Origin: Octopus sinensis
Taxonomy: Eukaryota
Direction: 5' to 3'
Length of the DNA: 64,000 nucleotides
Assembly (NCBI RefSeq): GCF_006345805.1
Contig: NC_043015.1
Span: forward strand, 30,876,001-30,940,000
Made by a program: the position numbers and the translations under genes. The number at the start of each line of letters is the position of its first letter. Within the stretch, counting starts at the first letter, position 1. Shown in pieces: positions 1 through 13,563 of the stretch. The notes below the pieces were generated by a model that worked only from the letters and a program-made list of their open reading frames with translations, was not told the origin of the DNA and did no database searches.

Positions 1-2017
1 TTTTGGGGCTGATGCAGTTTCGCAACTCCCTGAAAAATGCATTTTTTCTCTCAGATTCCTATTTTAGGTGCTGGAGATACGCAAAATCTTTTTACCCCCC
101 CTCCATCTTTGATTTTATTTACTTTAAGATATCGTAGCGAATTTACGAGCATAGGCAAATCAAAATTAAAGATAAAGATTTAAAAAGAACGTGAAAAGAA
201 TTTGTTTCACTCGTTTGCCTTAAATAATTTAATGTAAATTAATGTACACTATTTTACGGGAAACGAGCGAGAAGAGAGGTTTAAAAAAGAAAAAAAGAAA
301 GAGAAAAAACGAAGTTGATGGGCTTCAGCACGTGCTTGCACCATAATTCCGGACTTTTGCTTACATTACCGAAAAGATTCTTTGCAAATTCCGAATCTGA
401 TGTTCAAAATATCCGAGGCAGTTCCACAACAAAGGCGACACCACACATCTATGTATTAATGACATTCTCGGCACCTTGTAACAGCTGACAAATTGTCTTC
501 CTATCTTTAAATGATCAAATACCACAACCGAAGTTCCGCAAAATTTATAACCACAACTGAAAAATGGTCACTTCCTCTGCTTGAAACAGCAGCCATCTCA
601 AAGTACTGCCCTGTCACGCGCGAATTCCTGAACGGCAACGCCTAAACATCACGAATTTTTTCGCCATACAATCCCTTCTCTCTTTGAAGGGTACTTGTGC
701 CTGACTCAACCTAGGAATAAGATGCACCATATTCTAAGGGCTGTAATTAAAGGAGGGAAGCATGCAGGCTATGTTCTAGTCTGCGCCATCGTAATTATCT
801 AGGAAAAAAACGAATTCTAACACAATGCGACCCATCGGTCTTCATTCAAGCAGCGCAAATACCGTTGAAATTCGATACAACCATTTACAAGGACTAGTAA
901 TTTTTTTTTTCCTTTTCGCCCACAGACGAAACGTCAGTTACCAAAGAAGGAAAACCCGATTGCTGATAAGACCAAGCAGTTTCTCTACCGGGAGATGGAG
1001 ACTATATAATACCAGTGAGAAAATAGTGAACTTTTCGAGATACATAGTCTCTCCAAGTCGCGCAGTAAACTACATCGATCGGCACACCCAATTCTAGTGA
1101 AACCTACATCGTAAGGCCGCGACCTTCTCGAAAAAGCCTCGAAGAGTAGAGGATGAGGAAAATTTAAAACATCAGATTAGATTGTGTGAAATAAAATCAA
1201 AGATATCAGAACAAAATCTAAAATATGAACAGTCAAATGACAATGTCCCTGAAGGATTGGATGCCATAGAAATGCAACTACGCCGAGTTAACATTCTAGA
1301 CAGCTACGCATCCGGCCGGTAACATTTTTCTGTAGAAAGTTAATTCAATGATAGCTAAGAACCTCCTCGCCGCTGACGTGTATAATCCATAAATGCAAAC
1401 GTCAAATTACAGCACTTCAAAGAAATTAATTCGACGTACGTACATGGCAAAATATCACAAATGGGATCTAACCCCCAGCAAAGATTCGGCACAAAAACAT
1501 AACTGCAACTAATTCTTTAAACAAGTACGCAAGTGTACATATAATTATTTAGCCGGACACGCTTGCAGGTTCTAATTTCGCCAAGGTGCGCCCTCCCTCC
1601 CCAACAGAACTGCAATGCAAAAATCATACAATAGAATGCAGACATGTAAAAGAAATCAAACTCACCAAAATTCGGTAGCTGGCCTTAAAATAAAATTAAA
1701 AATACTAAAGCCAAAGAATAGGTGTACGAAAGTTACAAACAGCAACCATTTTATTTTAAACCAATACAAACTAATATTTTAAAAAATTTAATATTAGCGA
1801 GATTTTATTCTTTTTTGTTTCTTTTACTCGAACAGAATCTAAAAAATCGAGTGTCGAGGTTTGCTGCTGCGAGGAAGCAACACTAAGACACATTTTCCAG
1901 CCCAAATGCTGACACAATTAGACAGTTTGGCCTCACAAAGGAGGCCAAGATACAAAAAAGACTCAACTGACACAAGCAGAGTTCACAGTCACAAAAAGAA
2001 TGTATTAGTATCGATCC

Positions 2018-2023
2018 TTTATT
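2018..2023 (-). terminator. candidate polyadenylation signal of beta-tubulin
   Basis: AATAAA on the minus strand about 125 nt after the stop codon. Confidence 0.5.
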
Positions 2024-2148
2024 CCATTTACAACAGACGTTCACATTTTTTTAAAAAGTCTCTCATTCACCCCACCCACCCAAGAGGGTCTGAAAGCAGC
2101 CAGACTGGAAAGACAGAATTAGAAATAGACAGTTCGAGATTAAAGTTA

Positions 2149-3036
<888 letters not shown>

Positions 3037-3154
3037 CTACATGAAATAAAGAAACATAAATTTCTAGCTTTAAATTTTAGAAATGAATGAAATTAAAGCA
3101 AACGATAACAGTTGTAGGTTGAAAGTATGAAAGTTTCATAAATGATAGCAGCCT

Positions 3155-3266
3155 AGGGTGAGAAAGGTTAAAAATGGCAATTTGTGACTATATATTCTAT
3201 GTAACCAATTAGGGTAGGAAAGGTTAACAATAGTAATTTGTAACTGTATAATCTATGTAACTAGTT
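3155..3266. repeat. two imperfect 56-bp tandem copies in the tubulin intron
   Basis: AGGGT..GAAAGGTTAA.AAT.G.AATTTGT.ACT.TA...TCTATGTAAC at 3155 and 3211. Confidence 0.75.
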
Positions 3267-3327
3267 ATAACCAAAATTAATTCAAGTGCGGCGCAAGAAA
3301 GAACCGGCTGTCTGTATATTTACATTA

Positions 3328-3960
<633 letters not shown>

Positions 3961-4025
3961 TTACAAACACGTCTTACTTGCTGAAGCCGCAACAAAGATT
4001 TGAAAATAGCTCAGCAAACCACGCC

Positions 4026-4040
4026 TTTTATACTGGGCGG
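4026..4040 (-). promoter_or_regulatory. TATA box and adjacent GC box of the beta-tubulin promoter
   Basis: Minus-strand TATAAAA at 4032-4026, about 90 nt upstream of the ATG; GGGCGG at 4035-4040. Confidence 0.6.
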
Positions 4041-7000
4041 GAGTAACGGTCTTTTTTTTTTTTTTAGAACGAGAATCACGAATAAACGAGAGTCATAATT
4101 AATTTATTATTTTTTTTACGACAACATAATCGTTATTATTTTGCAATTATTTGTTGTTAGTAATTATTTAGTTAAATGCCGTGTTTATTTACAAAAACTT
4201 ATATTTAATTAAAAATTATAACTTGTGCGCGTCATCACGTGTTACAAACATGGTTGCTTGTGTGACTGAAATTTCATCTCCGAGAAGTAAATATGTCTCT
4301 TTTCTTTATTATTTCGCGCTGTACTTCTCTACTTTATATCAATATGATATTATGTATGTTAAACATTAGCTGTTGCACTTATTCTTTGTTTGTAATACTT
4401 AACTCAAACAGTTTTTTTCAATGCAAACCGTCTCTAACACTCAACCTAAACCGTTTATTTCAAGGTTAACTCTATTTCGCTGTCGTCCTTGGCAAAGGCA
4501 TGAATATCACAACACCCATTCGTCGAACTTGTAAATCTGAGGCACTCTCAGACCATTTTAAAAATAAATATATATGAAAATTTCCAACATGAATATCAAT
4601 AAAAAGTTCTCGCATGTAAGAAATCAATTTATTGCACGTGAAGGGGGGAAAATGATATTACGTCTTCTCATGTTTATTATTGCGGGTAATTATGTGATGC
4701 TCATGCCTTTTCTTTCTTCCTCTTTTTTTTTTTTTGAGACCCTTTATGTCGATGAAGCAGGGTTCGAGTCTTGATCAGGTACTCGGATCACTGTGACCTT
4801 CCATAGCTTGTCTGCACCGCTCGTGTGCCATTTCACTTAATTTCTCGTCTGTAATGTATCTGATTTTTAGTAGAGTGAAATGAAATATTGCGGCATTGAA
4901 GCTGCCCCCATGTGTATTAGTCCCATAGTTAACTGTGCTTAGTTTTGGTATACCTGTCCATCGAAATCCCATGTCCCAAGGAAAAAGGAGTGGGAGAAGG
5001 GTCAGAATGTAAAAATAAAAGGAACAAAAATGCTCTTTTCCTTTCCCGTGAGGTATTATACTTCGAGAGACAGCTATTTAAAAATTCAGCTCTTAATTAG
5101 ATGTGATTAGGGTAGGTATTGGGCTAAGTTCAACTATTGTTTTCTCCCCACAAGACACAATTCTTGTTAACCCAGTCAAACTCATACAGATGTAATGACC
5201 ATGTGAAACATTTTTTTTTTAACATCAGGGAAAGATATAATTGAAATAATTCTTTAGTGTATGATTGATACTTATTTTTGTGATGCCAGTGAGACAGCAG
5301 TTGATGAATGGAATGAACACCCTTAGAGGACTGGAGATTGGATATTCCAAAAGTGAATTGTTTTGAAGGATCATTTGGGTTGGCTAAGAAGGGTTCACGA
5401 TGCTCTGTATAGCAGGTAGGTTTAGTCCTGAAATGTTACCTGACAAGTATTTGAATGCCACTATTTCCATGTAATGTTTGTGCAATTAAAATGGGTGTTA
5501 CTCAACTATGGGGGTCAATTGAAAAGCTGTTTTTTGTTTAAGTTAGAGAAAGTGGAGCTTTGTCTGTGGACCCTTGAGGCTGTCCAGACATGAGATTGAT
5601 GTGGCTGATTCTTAGGCTGAACGTTTACAGAAACAAAACTAAAGGTAAAGTGGGAACTTTATTAAAACCCACTGATCATATTTGATGAGTTTCTTATTGG
5701 TGTGACTAAAACTATAGCAGATAAACTATTCTGGGAACATGAAGTTGCAACCGACATAGTCTCATCTTTCTCTTTAGGAATCAATAAAGCCAATGTTTTA
5801 TACATTTTTATTTCCGTTCAATAATATTTCAAAAAAATACATACCTCTCCCTAATTCCTGAAAGGCTTTTGACAGACTGAACAAATGTGTGTGTGCACAT
5901 ACATACACACGACAGGTGAGCTGAGTTAATGAAACAACTGATGGAACATTGGACGAAATGTTGTGCATTATTTGTTCTGGCTTAAAGTGGTGAGCTGACA
6001 GAATCATTAGGATATCGGAAAAAATACCTTGTGGCATTTGTTCCATCTCTTTGCATTCTGAGTTCTAATCCTGCTATTGTCAACTTTGCCTTTCTTCTCT
6101 TTGGGGTCGATAAAGTTTTAGTCCAGTACTGCAGTTGATGCTAGTGCCTAATTGCAAATCTGGGGTTCAACACTTGTAATCAGGTATGATAAGGATTGAA
6201 AAATCACTCATCAATCACACACACAAAAATCATTATCATCGTCATCATTTAATGTTCGTTTTCCATACTGGATTAGGTTGGACAGTTTGACAGAAGCTGA
6301 CCAGCTGAAGCACCGAGAGTGCACTGGGTGCTTCTATGCAGCATTGGTATGGGTGCTTTTTATGTGGCACCAGCACTTCTGAGCCCGCAAGATTAGGGAT
6401 GCTCAGCTGTAGAGGGTTGTAGGGGATGAGCCTGTAGCAGACACAAATATATGTAATATATATAATTATCAAGTTAATGAAGACAATGCAGAAGCTGGAA
6501 TGGAGGCTTTGTTAAATTCTTCGGCACCCAAACATGGATGAGGAAAACATCAGACTTTGATTGGGGAGAGAACATACTGAGGCATTCGTCTAGCAGTGGA
6601 CTGAACATATGCAAGGATGATGACCAGTTTAAATTCTAGAGGGTTAATCTTTTATTTTACCTCAATCATTTGACTGCGACCATGCTGGGGCACTGCTGTT
6701 AATGTCCATTTTTCCATACTGGTGTGGGTTAGACAGAAATTTATTGAGACAGGATATTACAGCTGGATGTTACTACCTTACCTGTTAGGGAAGTCAGGGA
6801 TTTTTTTTATTCCTTGTAGTTTTTGAAAGCACAAAGTCATGGTGTTGACAAGGAATGCCATCATCACCACTGTTTCACTAAAATGGTGAAAAGCATGGAA
6901 TTTCAAACATTTACACACATACATAGATACAGGCATGCACATATATATCTTCAACCAGCTACCTCAATGGTGACTGATAATAAAGTCACAATTTTGGCTA

Positions 7001-7324
7001 GGAAAAAGAGTGACAATTAATTTATGGTGGCTGGTAAAAGTCACAATTTATGGGATCTGGACAAAACCGCTGTGCCTTTTTTTTTTACCTGGATTCACCT
7101 CAATATCCACTAATATGGTGAACACACAAATCAGACTTCATTTTCACCAGAAAATAGGAGAGGCAGTCTGTTGTCAATGCTAAAGCCTTTCCTGCCTAAG
7201 AATGGGTTGGTGGTTTTAGAGTCAGAACTAGCCGGACTCGGACAGAAATGATCTGCAGAAGGAAGACATGGAAGTTGAAAAACTCTGCAGTTGATTATAG
7301 GTTTAGAGAATTTCTCGCATAACA

Positions 7325-7804
7325 GTAGAAGTAAGGTAAATGCAGTAAAAATAGGTGGGGGTCAGTGGGTTCCCATTGAAGTGGCCCTTCAGAAATTGAA
7401 CCTCCTTACATGGTCTCAAGCATTTGTCTTATGAAGAAAGGCTGAAGATGCTCAGCTTTTATTCTCTAGAAAAATGACGCCGCTGTGGTGATCTCATTCT
7501 TGCTCACAACATCATAAGCGGAAAGTGTAACCTCTCGAAAGAGCTGTTCTTCACTCCTGCTCCAGAGTGTCGGCTGCGGGGTCACTCCGAAAAGCTCTAT
7601 CTGCGACAATTTCATCTCAATCGAAGGAGAGGGGCTTTCTCCGTCCGGGTTGCGGATCCTTGGAATAAGCTGCCGGACGAGATAGTGAAGATGCTGACGA
7701 CCGCTTGGTTCAAAGTCTCTCTTGACCAGAAATGGCCTGAACTCTTTGCATGAACACCCTCCCTGTACATAACTCCATGTCCCCTTACATGGCCTTGCTT
7801 TTTG
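7325..7804 (+). mobile_element. CR1-clade LINE 3' fragment (copy 1) with a non-LINE leader
   Basis: 7412-7753 translates GLKHLSYEERLKML..SLEK*RRCGDLI...LRGHSEKL...AFSVRVADPWNKLP..., the typical CR1 ORF2 C-terminus, with one internal stop. Confidence 0.85.
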
Positions 7805-7964
7805 ATACGAGAGATTTACAGGGCATTTGGGCTAAATTTAAGTCTATATATATGGAAAGGAAAACACAGTACTACCCCTCCCCCAAAACAAAAAATTAAA
7901 ATGAAAAAAATATCAACTAAATTATGGCTGAGAAATAAGTTTACTCAGAGTAGCCACCCTCAGC

Positions 7965-8100
7965 TTCCACAATCACTTCTGACTTTTTCCAGAGGTATAG
8001 CAAGGAGTCGAATCCTGCTGCCACACATATGCCCTTCCAGCAGTGACCATCTCCAGTAGCTTCACATAGCTGTCTGAATTGAGCCTAAGGGCCTATTCCA
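7965..8100 (-). mobile_element. Tc1/mariner (maT/DD37D-like) transposase remnant
   Basis: Minus frame LRLNSDSYVKLLEM/VTAGRAYVWQQDSTPCYTSGKSQK*L resembles the QQDSAPCHT region around the second catalytic aspartate. Confidence 0.65.
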
Positions 8101-8559
8101 GGATGTGGTGATGAATTCCAGCGTATGGATGCTGTCAGAATGCTTCCTGTGTCCCTTCCTGCTGGCCATGGCTTTGTAGTCTTCATTGCATCTGTCCATG
8201 CCAGTTACAGCCTTTACAATGTTGATTAGAGCATTGACCAGCAGTGATGATGTTTGCATTTTGACACCTGGCACAAACTATCATGATACAAGTAACTCTT
8301 TACCAATATTCAGATGGCTTCCAGTCCTCCATGTCTGCTAACTTTTTCTTAACTACAACTTTAATCTTTATTCTCTCCGATGCCGTTGACTGTTCGCTAA
8401 TATATAAAGCTGTTCTTGAGAAAAGGAGACCTTTGAAATTGTTAAATTTAACCCCAATCCCCTGTATAGCATAGATGACAGCTGGGAATTCTTCTAAGAT
8501 AACTTGTTGAAAGCTAAAGAATAGATATGTGGTGAGTGCAAGGTCCTAGCCAGACAGAA

Positions 8560-10065
8560 GACAACGGTAGATAGAGCTATATAAATTGGGAGACAATCCA
8601 GAAGGAAGATGGAAGCAGAGAGTATTATCTAGTAACTAAGGAAGGTGTAATGTGCTTAGCTAGGGGAGAAGCTGAAAGGAAGATATTTGCACATGTTCTG
8701 CGATGTGAGGATCGCATTACCCTGTTGATCCGATAAAGGGACTGTCAGTTTAAGTTGACAGCAGTATGGTAGATAGAACAATTAAAGATAGGAAGGCAGG
8801 AAAAAGTGTTGGTTCATCAGGGATAATTGATGGAATGCTCAGACTATCTGGTGAGGTAGGTTATATGCTAGTCCCTTGAATAGGGTAATACAAGGTTGGT
8901 ATAGTAATACCATTGAAAACCACTGTAAGAGCAAAGGAAATTACAGAGGCATCAAATTGCTGAACCAGGCTATGAATGTTAGAATCCTAGCACAGTTGAA
9001 GAGGAACAGAATTAGTTTAGATGTGATGCAGTTCAGTTTAAAAGAGGTACCACAAATGCCATCTTTCTAGTAAGATGACAGTAGAAATACTTCACAAAGA
9101 GTAGGCCACTTTATCTAGCATTTATTCAGTTGGAAAAAGCCTTTGACATGATGCCATGCTCAATAATCTGGCAATTACTAAGGAAACTGTTTAAAAGAAT
9201 GGTTTCTATGACTGTACCAGCTATGTACAAAGATGCAGTCAGTAAAATAAAAATCAGTGATGAGTTCAGCAATAAATTTAGCATGAAGATGGGAGTACAT
9301 CAAGGTTTAGTCCTCAGCCTTTTATTCTTCATCATCCTGCAGGCTATTGCAGAAGAGTTCAAAACCAGGTGTCCACGAGACCTCCTAATTGTTGAAGATT
9401 TAGCTCTTATAGCTGAATCTGTAGTAGACTTAGTAGATATTCCAGACATGGAAACAAAACCTAGATTCAAGAGGTGTCAAAGTAAATTTAATTAAAACCA
9501 ATTATAGAAAAAGCCGGCTTTGTGTACAGTAGATGCACTGGGACAGTAAACACTGAGAGACCAGAAATAGATTCTTTTAAATGCCCAGTTGACTCACTAG
9601 AAGTACTTCATAATTTCTGCTGCCTAGGTGATAGAATTTGCAGTGCAGGTAGTTATTCTGCAAGTACAGTAGTTAAGGTAAGGCGTGGTTGGAAAAAGTC
9701 CAGGAATCTCAGAGTGAAGGTCAGATTGTATGATGCTTCTGTTCAAACAACAATGTTGTAATAGTAGTGAGACCAGGTTTGAATGCAGAAGACTTGTGAA
9801 AGTTAGAAAGATGTAATGCAAATGTGTTCCGATAGATGTGTAATGTTAGTGTGCATGAATGCCTGAGTAAAAACGAGCCAAAAAAACTGGGTATAAGGGG
9901 AATCAGATGTAATGTGCAAGGGAGACGGTTGCATTTGTATGGGTATGTGATGCGTATGGAGGATGATTGCTGCATAATGAAGTGCCATGCTGACCTGAAG
10001 ATGTTGCATCTCACAGAGGAGATGGCAAAGGACTGTTTTCATAGGTTACCTGGTTACTTGCATTG
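8560..10065 (+). mobile_element. decayed RTE-clade LINE reverse transcriptase region
   Basis: Fragmented ORFs: EKAFDMMP..IWQLLRKL, KMGVHQGLVLS, LLIVEDLALIAES (degenerate YADD), KVRLYDASVQTTML, GRRLHLYGYVMRMEDDC; frameshifts and stops. Confidence 0.85.
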
Positions 10066-10899
10066 GTAGTGATAAAGGATGGGATCTCTGTGTGAATTTG
10101 TGCATGTATATGGTGAAGGCGCATGGCTCAGATTAGATGTATATAGTGAAGGTACATGGTTCAGATTAGATGTATATAGTGAAGGCGCATGGCTTATAAT
10201 CTTGAGGTTGTGAGTTCGATTCCCAGACTGGGCTGTGTGTTGCATTCTTGAGCAAGACACTTTATGTTGTTCCAGTTCACTCAGCTGTAGAAATGGCTAA
10301 ACTAAAATCCTTGCTGGTATGACTCAATCAGTAGGACATATTTAATCACAATTCTTCTCTACCAGGACTCACTGGTGCAGGTAGAGGAGCTCAGTAACAA
10401 GAAGAACTCTATCATATATAACAGGTGTGAGTGTCCTTCTAATGACGCTGTGTATTTATATAGCTGTCAATCTTGCTTCAGTTTTACGTAAGATGTGCTT
10501 CGTTAATATTTATTGACTGTCTGGAGATATTAATACGAAAACCATTTTGTTTCCTACTCCTGATGGTGGAAGACGGGAGGGGGGATGATATTTCAGGTAG
10601 GCATTTGTGGTGGGTATAGAAAGCAATGAGTACAGTGTCGATATGACGGGGATGGGGGTGAGTTGTTTGACAGCTTCTTTATGTATTCTGATTAACACAG
10701 CCAGAGCAAACAAACTCGTTAATGAAGTGATCTTGTCCAAACGGCTTTTAATCTGTAGCTTTTTTAATTTAAACATATTTAGAATAATTATTAATCTACA
10801 CGTGTAAACATGTGTATACTTATACATACATTCATCCATCCATCTATGCATGCATCCATACGTCCACATATACACACAGGCATTCATCTATACATGTAT

Positions 10900-10900
<1 letters not shown>

Positions 10901-10931
<31 letters not shown>

Positions 10932-11385
10932 TTAGCGTTCGCTTTCCATGCCAGCATGGGTTGGACGGTTCAACTGGGGTCTGTGAAGCTGGAAGGCTGC
11001 ATCAGGCCCAGTCAGATCTGGCAGTGTTTCTACAGCTGGATGCCCTTCCTAACGCCAACCACTCCGTGAGTGTAGTGGGTGCTTTTTACGTGCCACCCGC
11101 ACAGGTGCCAGCGCCGCCCTAGCTGGCCTCCGTGCCGGTGACACATAAAAAGCACCATCCGTCCGTGGCCATGTGCCAGCCCCATCTGGCGCCCGTGCCG
11201 GTGGCACGTAAAAAGTACCCACTACCCTCACAGAGTGGTTGGCGTTAGGAAGGGCATCCAGCCGTAGAAACATTGCCAGATCAGACTGGGCCTGATGCAG
11301 CCTTCTGGCTTCCCAGACCCCAGTTGAACCGTCCAACCCATGCCAGCATGGAAAACGGACGCTAAATGATGATGATGATGATGAT
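10901..11385. mobile_element. head-to-head inverted pair of RTE-tailed (GAT)n elements
   Basis: 10901-11103 (minus) and about 11131-11385 (plus) share GGCGTTAGGAAGGGCATCCAGC...ATGCCAGCATGGAAA, with outward-facing (GAT)n tails. Confidence 0.85.
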
Positions 11386-12409
11386 AATAGTGAGCAAATG
11401 CTGTGGAAAATAAGTTTGCATTTCTAATTTCAATTCCAGACAGTAGCTATTTCATTTCACTGATGTTGTTAAAGTCTTTGAGATAAGCACAAACATCTCA
11501 TAATCTTGGTTTTCTTTCTATGTATATGTGAGGCCTTATGAGTACAAAGTAAATCTTTGTATATCCATTTGTTTACCTTTTCCAATTCCTGTTATACATT
11601 TCTCCTTTATCTTTGTGTGTATATATGTTTCTTTATTACCCACAAGGGGCTAAACACAGCGGGAACAAACAAGGACAGACAAACAAATTAAGTCGATTAC
11701 ATCGACTCCAGTGTGTAACTGGTACTTAATTTATCGACCTCCGAAAGGATGAAAGGCAAAGTCGACCTTGGCGGAATTTGAACTCAGAACGTAACGGCAG
11801 ACAAAATACCGCTAAGTATTTCGCCCGGCGTGATAATGGTTCTGCCAGCTCACCGTAGAAATGGCAAAGGACTGGGAGATGTGATTTACTGCAGTTAAGA
11901 TGCATCAAGCTGAGTAAAATCGCTGTCTTCCACACATGCAGGCTTGTCCTTTCAGGTACCGGTGCCACTTAAACAGTAAACGTGCTGGTGCTGCATTAAC
12001 GCACCCATTCCGGTGGCACATAAAAAAGGCACCCGACATACTCTGTTAAGTAGATGGCATTAGGAAGGGCTTCCAACCATAGAAACTGTGCCACAGCAGA
12101 CAGCTTGGAGTTTGGACTGCTCCCTGCTAGCCAGCTCCAAGTTGAACCATTCAACTTATGCCAGCACCTTTGAGACCTTCCATCCCACTATCGGGTCACT
12201 TTGCGTCCTTCTACCCTTGTGGAATATAATGGACTTAGCCACATTCATTGTATCTCCTGGTATTAATTATCTGATTCCAAACTTGCTACCCGACATATGT
12301 CTTCACATACCCATACTTCACTCGCACCCATACCTAAAGCCCATGTTCCATTATCTCGTTTCTTCAAATGTGTTAAGCGCTGATGCTGATTATAGCTTAA
12401 TCAATAATT

Positions 12410-12903
12410 GTAGAAGTAAGGTAAATGCAGTAAAAATAGGTGGGGGTCAGTGGGTTCCCATTGAAGTGGCCCTTTAGAAATTGAACCTCCTTACATGGTC
12501 TCAAGCATTTGTCTTATGAAGAAAGGCTGAAGACGCTCAGCCTTTATTCTCTAGAAAAATGACGACGCCGTGATCTCATTCTCGCTCACAACATCATAAG
12601 CGGAAAGTGTAACCTCTCGAAAGAGCTGTTCTTCACTCCTGCTCCAGAGTGTCGGCTGCGGGGTCACTCCGAAAAGCTCTATCTGCGACGATTTCATCTC
12701 AATTGAAGGAGAGGGGCTTTCTCCGTCCGGGTTGTGGATCCTTGGAATAAGCTGTCGACGACCGCTTGGTTCAAAGTCTCTCTTGGCCACAAGTGGCCTG
12801 AACTCTTTGCATGAACACCACCCTGTACATAACTCCATGTCCCCCTACATGGCCTTGCTTTTTTGCTTTTTGAGCCAAAAATTATCTAACTAACTAACTA
12901 ACC
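12410..12903 (+). mobile_element. CR1-clade LINE 3' fragment (copy 2) with a (CTAA)n tail
   Basis: Near-identical to 7325-7804 including the leader, with small deletions; ends in CTAACTAACTAACTAAC. Confidence 0.85.
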
Positions 12904-13188
12904 ATGTATTTACTTTAAAATGCAGTAAAAATAGGGTTCAGTGGATTAGGGGAGTTGCTGGTTTGAGTTTTGTTGTCCTTGCACCAATGGTCTAGGAGGA
13001 TTTAACAAACGTAAAAACTTAACAGACAGTGAAACATCACTCAAATTTATAATAGGATTAAAGTAATTAAAATTCCAAGATGCTGAGCTAAAAATGTTCA
13101 CTATTACACATCCTGGACTACGTTATCCAATGTGTCCCATTTTTTTAATATAATTTTGTGCAATGCAGTAGAAATTTGGCTGTCAGTA

Positions 13189-13563
13189 TCTATATCTCTA
13201 TATATATAAACTGCAAAATGTATGTGTGTGTGTCCTTTATACAAATCCACAATTTTTCAGTTAGAGGGCTTGCACTTTCTATGGTCATTCAAAACCGTCC
13301 AAGGGTGGTTATGCACATCTTTACATTTCCCCAGTCACCCCGCAAAGCCATTAAAAAAATCAATAGAAGTGACTTTTTTGTGAATTTTCTATCCAAAACC
13401 CAATCAAAATGCCCGAAACTTGATACGCCAATTGAATGCCAGCTAGCTGTATGTGGTTGGTCGAAGATTTGGACAGTACTCACGTGTATGTGCACACGCA
13501 CGCACGCAGCTGTATATGCAGGCACTAGCACTATCACCCGGCATTGCCAGGTCATAGTGCTAG
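13189..13563 (+). mobile_element. non-autonomous Helitron
   Basis: A|TCTATATCTCTATATATATAAA at the 5' end; GC-rich hairpin ACCCGGC-ATT-GCCAGGT then CTAG|T at the 3' end; no TSD. Confidence 0.75.

Noticed and set aside
925-945. GAAACGTCAG, resembling the 3' half of a hammerhead
   Set aside because: No upstream CUGANGA core or stem II.
4736-4870. B-box-like GGTTCGAGTC, a 5.8S-like GTCGATGAAG and a terminal T-run suggesting an ncRNA; also minus ORF 4775-4972
   Set aside because: No A box at a suitable distance, no cloverleaf, and no extended match to 5.8S, snRNA or snoRNA that I can recognise; the ORF has no recognisable domain.
5590-5644. MRLMWLILRLNVYRNKTK followed by a donor, resembling a mitochondrial presequence exon
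   Set aside because: The phase-1 donor is incompatible with the phase-0 mTERF acceptor, and no bridging exon is evident.
8302-8513. Open minus-strand frame FQQVILEEFPAV...DWKPSEY between AG and GT
   Set aside because: No recognisable homology, and it lies between transposon remnants.
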